This document shows, in pieces, positions 44,481 to 52,550 of a stretch of DNA of 56,769 nucleotides. The notes beneath the pieces are model-generated. The model did no database searches. It was not told the DNA's origin and saw only the letters and a program-made list of their open reading frames with translations. Origin of the DNA: Dethiobacteria bacterium (GTDB taxonomy: Bacteria; Bacillota; Dethiobacteria; DTU022; UBA8154); contig JBMNNS010000002.1 in NCBI GenBank assembly GCA_050942625.1, forward strand, positions 1 through 56,769, in the 5' to 3' direction. A program made the position numbers and the translations under genes. How positions within the stretch are numbered: the first letter of the stretch is position 1; every line of letters starts with the position of its first letter.

Positions 44481-45541
44481 CTATCCAGAATAAACTCCAA
44501 AGGATCGAGGAATTTATGACCAAGGTGCACCTCCAAGTAAAGGAGGGGATCTTCCTTATAAAAATCTGTAACTTCATTAACACAATCTTGATCAGCCTGG
44601 ATCACCGGCAAAAATGTCTCTGTTTCCTCATCATAATAGCCTCTCCAAACACTGCGCATTGGCAGTTCCCAGGCCTCACCTGGGGGTCGCCCGGCAACGC
44701 TGAGCCCTTCTTCCAGCGGAGGGGTATGTGACAATAAGCCAATATTCTCACCCTCTTTTAAGCTACTTCCTTCTTCTACCCAGATCTCGCTTAAATTGCC
44801 ATAAAAGGTGCGATACCCCCCTTCATGTTCCACAAGAACAGATAACCCATGGGGAGATCCACTATCACCAGCACTTACCACCTTGCCTGCCCAGAGAACC
44901 GAAACTGGGGCGGCAGATGTCGTCCGCAAAAGCACTCCCCGGCTTAAACGGTGTAAGTTGTCCCCTGAAGGAAGTTTTTCTACTAAATAGCTATTAAAGG
45001 GACACTGTAAATACCATTGTGGCAAAGGGTCAGCCGCCTGTGGTAAAACTACCTCTGCCGCTTCGGGAAAAGCCGTCATATTCCCTTCAGAGGCAGGTAA
45101 TGCCTTTTCATTTTCCCCCACGACAGGGACGAGGTTGATGTCATCCGTTACCTTTTCATCCTTTACAGAATTGGCAGCATTTATTCCCTCATTCCCAGTA
45201 TTTGCAGCTTTTCCAGGAACATCCGGGCTTGCTTCTTGCAGCTTTTCTCCTTCTTGGAACTGATACCGGGTTTCCTTTTCTGCTTCGGGAAGCCCGGGAA
45301 GTTCCAGGGGTGGTATCTTCCACTTGATAACAATAAAAGATAGCAGAACAGCAACAATAACCAGGTAACTGCCTGCCAGAATCAAGTAGCGCCATGAAAA
45401 ACTTCCCCGCAAGCGACTCAGGGTAGTATTCTTCTCAGGAGTTTCCAGCCTGTCCCCGCCAGTTTCACTTTCAACAAGTGAGCTTTTTTGCTTTCTAAAA
45501 GTCCTTTTAAGGATCCCTCCAATTATTTTCAATAAAGCCAT
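44474..45541 (-). CDS. Membrane-anchored degenerate LytM/M23-domain protein (SpoIIQ-like by position)
   Basis: TM anchor, then a LytM-like core (VSVLWAGKVVSAGDSG..GLSVLVEHEGGYRTFYGNL..GENIGLL...LYLEV). The zinc-ligand positions are substituted and about 55 aa are inserted. It lies between spoIID and spoIIID. Confidence 0.6.
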   Translation of the reverse strand: MALLKIIGGILKRTFRKQKSSLVESETGGDRLETPEKNTTLSRLRGSFSWRYLILAGSYLVIVAVLLSFIVIKWKIPPLELPGLPEAEKETRYQFQEGEKLQEASPDVPGKAANTGNEGINAANSVKDEKVTDDINLVPVVGENEKALPASEGNMTAFPEAAEVVLPQAADPLPQWYLQCPFNSYLVEKLPSGDNLHRLSRGVLLRTTSAAPVSVLWAGKVVSAGDSGSPHGLSVLVEHEGGYRTFYGNLSEIWVEEGSSLKEGENIGLLSHTPPLEEGLSVAGRPPGEAWELPMRSVWRGYYDEETETFLPVIQADQDCVNEVTDFYKEDPLLYLEVHLGHKFLDPLEFILDRN

Positions 45542-45615
45542 CGTCTCACCTCATTTCGTAATGATATGGGTATTATGCCCAACTTCCCGGTTTTTTAAAC
45601 TAGCCTGTACAAAAC

Positions 45616-45645
45616 TTAATAATTTATGAGGGGAAAACATATAAT
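45616..45645 (+). promoter_or_regulatory. Candidate sigmaE-type promoter of spoIID
   Basis: ATAATT - 13 nt - CATATAAT about 60 nt upstream of the ATG at 45707. Confidence 0.3.
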
Positions 45646-45706
45646 GTATTGATCCTATTTTCCGCAACCTCCAAAAAGAGGAACAGGGGGATACAAAATT
45701 CACTTC

Positions 45707-46834
45707 ATGAGAAAAAAAAGGGGCTCATACCGCCACACAAGAAAACAGCCGCGAGGCTGGAAAAAGACAAGCTGGGCACCAAATAGATCTGGAAAAACAG
45801 CTAATATTACAGCTGGTAAAGTATTTCTTCTTTACATGGTCATTTCAACATCGTGCCTAATTTTTATGCCTGCCCTGCTTGTAGGAAACTGTTGGAACTG
45901 GGGAAACCAGGAGCAGCAGATGGATGGAACAACAAACGAAATTAAAAGGGAAATAGAAAGCAACAATGCTCTGCTGAGGGTTTTTCTTGTTAGTGAAGGT
46001 AAAGTAAGGGAAATGGAGATAGAGGAATATCTGGTTGGGGTAGTGGCAGCTGAAATGCCCTCCTCCTTTCATATAGAAGCGTTAAAAGCACAGGCAGTTA
46101 TTGCCCGCACTTATGCCTTAGAAAAAAGAAGGGAAACAGGAGGAAGCGGTTGCAAAAACCATCCTGGTATAGATTTGTGTACCGATAGCTCATGCTGCCA
46201 GGCCTGGGAGGATATCAATTTTTCATTAGCTAAATGGCCTGCCAAAGAAGGCCCCATTTACCTGCAACGTGTTAAAGAAGCTGTCAGCGCCACACACAAC
46301 ATGGTTATAACCTATGAAGGTAAGCCTATAGAAGCCGTCTATCATTCTACTTGTGGAGGAACAACTGAGGCTGCAGAGGCTGTCTGGAGTGGCAACAAAA
46401 GCGCTGCATACCTAAAAAGCGTAGAATGTTCATTCTGCCGGCACTCCCCCTATTTTAAAAAGGAGATACCCATGGGGCTTTCCACCTATGCTGCTGCACT
46501 AAAAAATCAGGAGGGCATATTGCCCGTCCTTGGTGAAGGAAACATTCCCCTGCTAGAAGTAAAAAAGCGCAGTAGCAGCGGGCGTAACCTTTTGCTTAGC
46601 GTCGGCAATTCCGGCCGAATTTACAGCGGGATGGAGGTGCGTACCTTGCTGGGGCTACCCTCCACCTTTTTCCGTTGGCGGACAGAAAATGACAAAATAA
46701 TATTTACCACCAGAGGCCATGGCCATGGTGTAGGGCTATGCCAGTATGGTGCTGACGGCATGGGGCGGGAAGGAAGAGACTATAAAGAAATTCTGCAGTA
46801 TTATTACCAGGGCATAAAAATAGAAAAGTGGTAA
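45707..46834 (+). CDS. spoIID: Stage II sporulation protein D (SpoIID/LytB lytic transglycosylase)
   Basis: YLVGVVAAEMP, EALKAQAVIARTYAL, YHSTCGGTTE, GHGHGVGLCQYGA. The start codon is uncertain (no good SD at 45707). Confidence 0.85.
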   Translation: MRKKRGSYRHTRKQPRGWKKTSWAPNRSGKTANITAGKVFLLYMVISTSCLIFMPALLVGNCWNWGNQEQQMDGTTNEIKREIESNNALLRVFLVSEGKVREMEIEEYLVGVVAAEMPSSFHIEALKAQAVIARTYALEKRRETGGSGCKNHPGIDLCTDSSCCQAWEDINFSLAKWPAKEGPIYLQRVKEAVSATHNMVITYEGKPIEAVYHSTCGGTTEAAEAVWSGNKSAAYLKSVECSFCRHSPYFKKEIPMGLSTYAAALKNQEGILPVLGEGNIPLLEVKKRSSSGRNLLLSVGNSGRIYSGMEVRTLLGLPSTFFRWRTENDKIIFTTRGHGHGVGLCQYGADGMGREGRDYKEILQYYYQGIKIEKW

Positions 46835-46871
46835 TCCAAAGGGAAGAAAACAAATGGCAGAACATGTTCCG

Positions 46872-48131
46872 CTAAGAAATAATAAAAATACGCCCGCCAA
46901 GCCGGCGTAACCGTCCTACGAGGTGACTATAACCCCGGAGAATATGGTTGATCCCCCGGATTTCGGAACTGCCCCCGGCAGCAAGGGCAGCCAGTACAAG
47001 GGCTGCCCCGCCCCTTAAATCCTCAGCCCTTACTGCCGCCCCATGAAGGGCATGCCTGCCTGTTATAATGGCACTGCGTTCCTCTATACGAATGCCTGCA
47101 CCCATACGGGCCAGCTCTTCAACGTGCAAGAATCTTTTTTCAAAAACGGTTTCGGTAATAACACTGGTCCCCCGGGCCAGGGACAAAAGAGCCATAAACT
47201 GGGGTTGGAGATCAGTGGGAAAACCAGGATAGGGAAGGGTTTTAAGGTCTACTGCCAGGGGCCGCCCATTGGCCTGCACCCGAAGGGATCCCTTCCCCAG
47301 TTCAGTCAAAAGGCACCCCGTTTCTTCAAGCTTGGAAATTACAGCCGTTAAATGATGGGGAATAACATTATCCAGGACAATGTCCCCGCCGGTAATAGCT
47401 GCTGCAATCATGAACGTACCGGCCTCAATCCGATCAGGGATAACTGTATAACTGCCCCCGCCAAGGGTGTTAACCCCCTCAATCCTAATAATACTGGTGC
47501 CGGCACCATAGATTTTGGCACCAATACTGTTCAGGAAATTTGCTAGATCTACGATTTCCGGTTCTGCAGCCGCATTTTCTATAAAGGTTGTTCCTTGAGC
47601 CAAAACAGCAGCCATAAGAATATTTTCCGTGGCACCTACGCTGGGATAGTCCAAATAAATTGTTTTGCCCTGCAGCCCATTTGTTCTTGCTTCTATATAG
47701 CCATGGCCCATCCTGAAGCGCGTTCCCATGGCTACAAAACCCTTCAAATGCAAGTCTATAGGGCGGGTTCCTATAGCACAGCCGCCGGGGCGGGAAATAC
47801 GTGAACAGCCCATTCTGGCTAATAAAGGACCCATAACCAAAAACGAGGCCCGCATACGGCGTACCAGGCTGTACGGAGCCATACAAGTAGTCAGTTTGCG
47901 AGAATTAAGAAATACCCGTTCCCCCCGGCGGTCGTGATATACCTCTGTCCCCAGGTAGCGCAGCAGCTGTAACATAGTCCGGACATCCTTCAGATCAGGC
48001 ACTTCTTTCAATACTACATTCTCCGTAGTTAAAAGGGAAGCGGCCATCATGGGCAAACAGGCATTTTTTGCTCCCTTTATCCTAACTTTGCCCATCAGGG
48101 GGACGCCCCCCTCCACGAATATTTTCGGCAC
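46872..48131 (-). CDS. murA: UDP-N-acetylglucosamine 1-carboxyvinyltransferase
   Basis: GTG start gives 419 aa: VPKIFVEGGVPLMGKVRIKGAKNA..., with the active-site region RPGGCAIGTRPIDLH. The 494-aa track ORF over-extends into ywmB. Confidence 0.9.
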   Translation of the reverse strand: MPKIFVEGGVPLMGKVRIKGAKNACLPMMAASLLTTENVVLKEVPDLKDVRTMLQLLRYLGTEVYHDRRGERVFLNSRKLTTCMAPYSLVRRMRASFLVMGPLLARMGCSRISRPGGCAIGTRPIDLHLKGFVAMGTRFRMGHGYIEARTNGLQGKTIYLDYPSVGATENILMAAVLAQGTTFIENAAAEPEIVDLANFLNSIGAKIYGAGTSIIRIEGVNTLGGGSYTVIPDRIEAGTFMIAAAITGGDIVLDNVIPHHLTAVISKLEETGCLLTELGKGSLRVQANGRPLAVDLKTLPYPGFPTDLQPQFMALLSLARGTSVITETVFEKRFLHVEELARMGAGIRIEERSAIITGRHALHGAAVRAEDLRGGAALVLAALAAGGSSEIRGINHILRGYSHLVGRLRRLGGRIFIIS

Positions 48132-48210
48132 GCCAGTATCTTTACCTCCAAGATTGAATAGACTAAAATAGTATTTTCGGTATTTATCCGCTACCCTTGC
48201 TGTTCTTTTG

Positions 48211-49023
48211 CTAGTACCAACGGGCAACCAGGGGGGATCCGGCCCAGATAACGGTTTTACCCAGGTACTCATCATAACGCATGGCCAAATTAAGATTGAC
48301 GCGCAAACCCTCTGCACGGAAATAATCACCCAAATCAGGGGTATAACCCGTAACACTTACCATGGAACCATCCTGGAAACCCTGCACCTCATCACCCCCA
48401 AGATCACGGGCAATAGCAAGGGCCAGGGTTTCCATATCCTGCCCGGAAAAACGTTCTTCAAGGTGACCCGTCAGACAAAAAGAAAGATTGCCACTTTCCA
48501 CTTCAGATTCAAGCAGGCTGGGAACCCTGTGGGCAGTGCTGCTCAACTGCCTGGCGCTGCCTTGTTCGGTAATAGTAACAAGAAGATGCACGACGTTTTT
48601 CCCCTCAACATCCATCACCTGCAGGGTAAGGTGGACCAATGCTCCTGTTCCCAAATACCCTTCCCTTTCCACTACCATGCAGGGTGGGTTAAAACCCTGC
48701 AGATCAGTACCATCCACAGTAAAAGAGGCCGCTTCAACAATATCTTTTTGAAGGTTGTGAGTGGTACTATTATTAGTAGTTATACGCTTGAATAGCTGAT
48801 CTGCTTTTGTTTCCAGCTGCTGAAGGGTAACAATTTCCGGATGTTCCCCCAGGGAGGCCCAGTAATGCAGTTCCCCCTCAACCACCTCTGCTCCCGCCAA
48901 CTCCATAACCCGATAAAGGGGCATATAAGGATTTGTTTCCCTGGAAACAAAACTTCCAGGGCCCATAAATAAGGCGCCACCTATAATTAATAAAATAAAG
49001 GCAATAAATAAAAAGCGCCGCAT
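48211..49023 (-). CDS. ywmB: YwmB-family protein
   Basis: Signal/TM N-terminus. The C-terminal VNLNLAMRYDEYLGKTVIWAGSPLV resembles the B. subtilis YwmB end. It has the conserved position upstream of murA. Confidence 0.65.
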   Translation of the reverse strand: MRRFLFIAFILLIIGGALFMGPGSFVSRETNPYMPLYRVMELAGAEVVEGELHYWASLGEHPEIVTLQQLETKADQLFKRITTNNSTTHNLQKDIVEAASFTVDGTDLQGFNPPCMVVEREGYLGTGALVHLTLQVMDVEGKNVVHLLVTITEQGSARQLSSTAHRVPSLLESEVESGNLSFCLTGHLEERFSGQDMETLALAIARDLGGDEVQGFQDGSMVSVTGYTPDLGDYFRAEGLRVNLNLAMRYDEYLGKTVIWAGSPLVARWY

Positions 49024-49074
49024 GCAAATTCCTCCTGTTTCTTTTTAAACTTATTATTGACAGGCAGGAATTGC
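49024..49074 (-). promoter_or_regulatory. Hairpin able to sequester the ywmB Shine-Dalgarno site
   Basis: The 5' UTR reads GCAATTCCTGCCTG - 23 nt - CAGGAGGAATTTGC directly followed by the ATG. The arms pair imperfectly (about 11 of 14). Confidence 0.3.
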
Positions 49075-49207
49075 TTTATACGGAGCATTTCAGTTTCAAG
49101 TTAATACTACTATCATCTAAAGTGGTTTCCTAATAGTACTTTATTTGCATTCTAAAAAGGATTTGTATGTTGTAAAGACTTTATTTGCGGTACACAACTC
49201 CTTTATT

Positions 49208-49819
49208 CTAAATAATATCCCTTCTTGCCTCAAGGGCCCGGGACATGGTTAGCTCATCGGCGTACTCCAGGTCCCCGCCTACAGGCAGGCCAAAACCTAT
49301 CCGTGTCACCCTCAAATTAGGCTGTTTGGCGGATTCAGCGATATAATATGCCGTAGCATCGCCTTCCGCGTTAGGATTAGTAGCAATGATAAGTTCCTTG
49401 ACGGTGCCATCCGCCAATAGGTCCAGAAGTAAAGGAATTTTAAGCTCAGCAGGGCCGATGCCATCTATGGGTGAAAGTGCACCGTGAAGAACAAAATAAC
49501 GGCCGTTATATTGGCCGGTTTTTTCAATAACAAGAATATCACGGGCTTCCTGGACCACACAAAGCAGGGAACTATCACGGCGCCGATCTAAACAGATAGG
49601 GCAGAGATCTTCCTCCGTAAGGTTCCTGCAACGGGAACAGTACTTGATCCGTTTTTTAACTTCCACCAAAGCATGGGCTATACTCTCAACCTCATTTTTT
49701 TCCATGGAGAGAATAAAAAAAGCGAGCCGCATCGCAGATTTGGGTCCAATGCCCGGCAAGCGGCGGAGTTCTTCTACCAGATTTGTCAGCGAGGGAGGGA
49801 AAAACACTTTTGCCTCCAC
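49208..49819 (-). CDS. recR: Recombination protein RecR
   Basis: LPGIGPKSAMRLAF helix-hairpin-helix, CSRCRNLTEEDLCPIC zinc finger, Toprim domain. Confidence 0.9.
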   Translation of the reverse strand: MEAKVFFPPSLTNLVEELRRLPGIGPKSAMRLAFFILSMEKNEVESIAHALVEVKKRIKYCSRCRNLTEEDLCPICLDRRRDSSLLCVVQEARDILVIEKTGQYNGRYFVLHGALSPIDGIGPAELKIPLLLDLLADGTVKELIIATNPNAEGDATAYYIAESAKQPNLRVTRIGFGLPVGGDLEYADELTMSRALEARRDII

Positions 49820-49832
49820 CTTTCCTGTATAC

Positions 49833-50147
49833 TTAGAAAATGCCCTTGGGCAAGCCCAAGCCCCCGGTCAATTTTTGCATTTCCGAGGCAACCATTTCGT
49901 CCGCCTGGCGGAGGGCTTCGTTGACAGCGCTGATAATCAGATCCTGGACCATTTCGATATCATCTTCCTGTAACAATTCAGGATCCAAATGTAATTCCAG
50001 AAGGTTTTTACCGCCGCTGACTACGGCACGGACTACCCCACCGCCGCTGGTCGCCTCTACTGTGCGTGCTTCCACCTCTTTCTGCAATTTAAGGATTTGG
50101 TTTTGGGCTTGCTGCATCTGTTTAATCATTTTGTTCATTTTACCCAT
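49833..50147 (-). CDS. ybaB: YbaB/EbfC nucleoid-associated protein
   Basis: 104 aa. MIKQMQQAQNQILKLQKE... and GGGVV..VVSG are typical. Located between dnaX and recR. Confidence 0.9.
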   Translation of the reverse strand: MGKMNKMIKQMQQAQNQILKLQKEVEARTVEATSGGGVVRAVVSGGKNLLELHLDPELLQEDDIEMVQDLIISAVNEALRQADEMVASEMQKLTGGLGLPKGIF

Positions 50148-50149
50148 CG

Positions 50150-51922
50150 TTATAACTCCTTTCCAGTTGGATTAAAGGTCCAGAAACCAGGGGTATCAAG
50201 CGGTTCCCCGCAGGTTTCTATTAGTTTACCGTTAAATAACTCCAGCATTTGCCTGAAGAAAAAATCATTATTATCTTTTTTTATTTCTTCTCTCTTTTCA
50301 CCAGGGAAATTATGCTTTTCTATTTTCTTTACCATGCCAGGCCCCTGTTCTTCATTTTCTTCCAGGACAACCAGCAAAGTCAATTCCTCGTTCAACAATT
50401 GTCCCAATAAGGATTCAATAAATTTTTTATTATTAGCCGACTCAATCCTTGGTTTCAAAACACGCTGGAATGAAGGCAAGGCAATGGTAAATACCCCCTC
50501 TTTGCGGGAAATTGGCCGTGCCACTTGTAACAAAGCATGGATGGGAGCCTTGCGCCTTTTTTTAAGTTCAGGCAGGAAACTTTCTTCCCAAAACTGGATC
50601 AATTCTGCCTGGCTAAAATCCCCTTTTTCTTCTACTTTCATTTCTATTTTAACTGTTTCTTCTACTTTTTCTTCTTTTTCTTCTTCTTTTGCCATCTGCT
50701 TTACTGGACTGGTTTCCTGGCCCTCTTTTCCCTCCAGGGATTGTAACCTGCGTTCCAACTCTTGCAAACGGTTAAAAAATTCGCCTGATGAGAGATAAAA
50801 GCGAAAACGGTAGGCACGCAATAGGCGCAGAAAAGTCAGCTCCAACAAAAATTGGGGCAGTAAAGTACCTCTTAGCTGGAAGGTAAGCTCTTGTAAAATT
50901 TCGAGCATTTCCAGGAGAACGTGTTGATCAAAATGATCCTTATGCTGGAGAAGGTAGGGCTTAAAAACAGGTGTGTCGGCGAGGGTTTTATCCTGATCCC
51001 CTCCTGCCTGCAGCAATAACAATTTGCGCAGATAAAGAATCAACTCCTGCAGGAAACGGTGCAGGTCCCTGCCCTTGTAGACTATTTCCCTGATAGCTGC
51101 CAGACCAGAAGCAATATTCTCTTCTATAACAGACTGGATTAATTTAAAAATCATTTCCGGGGAAGCGAGCCCCATGATTTCCAGGGTTTCGCTGTAACTA
51201 ATTTTTTCACCACCGTAGGCCTTGCATTGCTCCAGGAGCCCAAGGGCATCCCGTACAGATCCATCAGCCTGGCGGGCCAGGAGGTAAAGGGTTTCCTTTT
51301 CTATGGAAAAATTCAGTTCCTCAGCAACTTCACGTAGTCGCTCGGCAATCTGCCCCACCTCAAGCAGGTGAAAATCAAAACGCTGGCAACGGGAAATAAC
51401 AGTAAGCGGAAGTTTATGGACCTCCGTGGTAGCTAAAATGAAAATTACATTGGGGGGAGGCTCTTCCAATGTTTTCAGCAGGGCATTGAAAGCCTCGTTG
51501 GTCAGCATATGTACTTCATCAACTATATAAACCTTGTAGCGGTTCTGGGCGGCAACATAGCGTGCTTTTTCTCTCAGATCACGGATTTCATCAATGCCAC
51601 GGTTAGAAGCAGCATCAATTTCCAGCACATCCATATTGCGCCCTTCCATTACTTCTCTGCAAGAACGACAGTGGTTGCAGGGTTCAGAGTTAACCCCTTC
51701 CAAACAGTTCAAAGCCTTGGCAAAAAGTTTAGCCATAGTCGTTTTGCCAGTACCCCTTAAACCGCAAAAAAGGTAGGCGTGAGCAATACGATTTTGGGAA
51801 AGGGCATTCTGTAAGGTACGGGTTACGTGGTTTTGGCCCACCACTTCTGAAAAAAGCTGGGGCCTCCAGCGGCGGTAAAGTGCTGTATAAACGGTTTGCT
51901 GTTTGTTTGATTCTGGTTCCAA
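50150..51922 (-). CDS. dnaX: DNA polymerase III subunit gamma/tau
   Basis: GLRGTGKTT Walker A, zinc module CLEGVNSEPCNHCRSC, VYIVDEVHML, SRCQRF. TTG start. Confidence 0.9.
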   Translation of the reverse strand: MEPESNKQQTVYTALYRRWRPQLFSEVVGQNHVTRTLQNALSQNRIAHAYLFCGLRGTGKTTMAKLFAKALNCLEGVNSEPCNHCRSCREVMEGRNMDVLEIDAASNRGIDEIRDLREKARYVAAQNRYKVYIVDEVHMLTNEAFNALLKTLEEPPPNVIFILATTEVHKLPLTVISRCQRFDFHLLEVGQIAERLREVAEELNFSIEKETLYLLARQADGSVRDALGLLEQCKAYGGEKISYSETLEIMGLASPEMIFKLIQSVIEENIASGLAAIREIVYKGRDLHRFLQELILYLRKLLLLQAGGDQDKTLADTPVFKPYLLQHKDHFDQHVLLEMLEILQELTFQLRGTLLPQFLLELTFLRLLRAYRFRFYLSSGEFFNRLQELERRLQSLEGKEGQETSPVKQMAKEEEKEEKVEETVKIEMKVEEKGDFSQAELIQFWEESFLPELKKRRKAPIHALLQVARPISRKEGVFTIALPSFQRVLKPRIESANNKKFIESLLGQLLNEELTLLVVLEENEEQGPGMVKKIEKHNFPGEKREEIKKDNNDFFFRQMLELFNGKLIETCGEPLDTPGFWTFNPTGKEL

Positions 51923-52033
51923 AAAATAACACCTCAGCGAAACTAGATAGTTGGTAATTATATTAATAACTGCCGGTTAGCAGTTGACAGTAACCTATTT
52001 TTTCACATAAATTTAGGCTTTATATAGTTGTAG

Positions 52034-52093
52034 GGGAGACCCCTGGTCTCCCATTTTCCTGCTTCTTGTTTCCTGCTTCTTGCTTCTTATAAT
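52034..52093. repeat. Second copy of the hairpin + CU-rich TGCTTCTT repeat + TATAAT cassette
   Basis: Perfect 8-bp hairpin GGGAGACC-CCT-GGTCTCCC, then ATTTTCC, TCCTGCTTCTTG x2 (14-bp period), and CTTCTTATAAT. Same order and orientation as 14206-14353. Confidence 0.55.
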
Positions 52094-52103
52094 ATTATTA
52101 ATG

Positions 52104-52370
52104 GTCGTGCACCTACCTTTGACTCTTCCTCCCAGGCGTAACCCGGGCAGTTTGCTCTGCCCCAGCAACCCCATGGCACCCGCAAGGTTCCACTTACCGC
52201 TGCTTCCTTCCGGATCTGACGGGGTTCATGGGCTCACGCTGCATGGGACCAGGGCTTCCTCACCACTTACCAGGGGCAGGCCCTGAAAAAATAGAGCCGG
52301 GGGTAGGAATTCAATCCTGCTATAGCGGGTTGCAGGTTCAGGGCACCGCTACCTCCCCATTTAGCACGAC
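52104..52370 (-). ncRNA. ffs: Signal recognition particle RNA, long Bacillus/Clostridia type with Alu domain
   Basis: The minus strand starts GTCGTGCTAAATGGGGAGGTAGCGGTGCCCTGAACCTGCAA, contains the domain IV motif GTCAGATCCGGAAGGAAGCAGCGGTAAG, and ends GGTGCACGACC, which pairs with the 5' end. It has the classic position upstream of dnaX. Confidence 0.9.
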
Positions 52371-52388
52371 CAAATTTTAGACAAAAAA

Positions 52389-52480
52389 TGGCGGAGAGAG
52401 AGGGATTCGAACCCTCGATACGGTACCACCGTATACTCGCTTTCCAGGCGAGCGCCTTCGTCCAACTCAGCCATCTCTCC
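52389..52480 (-). tRNA. tRNA-Ser (anticodon GGA), class II with long variable arm, CCA encoded
   Basis: GGAGAGA acceptor stem pairs with TCTCTCC. Anticodon stem-loop CTCGC-CTGGAAA-GCGAG, long variable arm TATACGGTGGTACCGTATC, T-arm GAGGG-TTCGAAT-CCCTC, discriminator G, then CCA. Confidence 0.9.
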
Positions 52481-52500
52481 GCATCGTTGTGACCATTCTT

Positions 52501-52529
52501 ATTTTAACGCAAATAATCATATTTTGCAA
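52501..52529 (-). promoter_or_regulatory. Candidate sigmaA promoter for tRNA-Ser (and probably the SRP RNA)
   Basis: TTGCAA - 17 nt - TAAAAT, about 20 nt upstream of the tRNA 5' end. Confidence 0.5.
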
Positions 52530-52550
52530 GGGATCCTTTCTTAATCCCCT

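Noticed and set aside
44422-44583. 5' extension of the spoIIID ORF (153-aa version)
   Set aside because: The extension overlaps the M23 gene end and is hydrophobic nonsense. GTG at 44421 with AAAGGGGG upstream gives the canonical SpoIIID N-terminus.
48132-48356. 5' extension of the murA ORF (494-aa version)
   Set aside because: The extension overlaps the ywmB 3' end and has no MurA similarity. GTG at 48131 restores the canonical ~419-aa length and N-terminus.
48208-48795. 195-aa plus-strand ORF
   Set aside because: It is antisense to ywmB. The minus-strand frame has a signal peptide, a good start context and a YwmB-like C-terminus.
50097-50798. 233-aa plus-strand ORF
   Set aside because: It is antisense to dnaX, which has unambiguous motifs. 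The translation is Ser/Phe-rich low complexity with no SD.
50150-51922. Programmed ribosomal frameshift site in dnaX
   Set aside because: No A-AAA-AAG-type slippery heptamer with a downstream structure was found. The E/K-rich linker (MAKEEEKEEKVEE) is ordinary low complexity.
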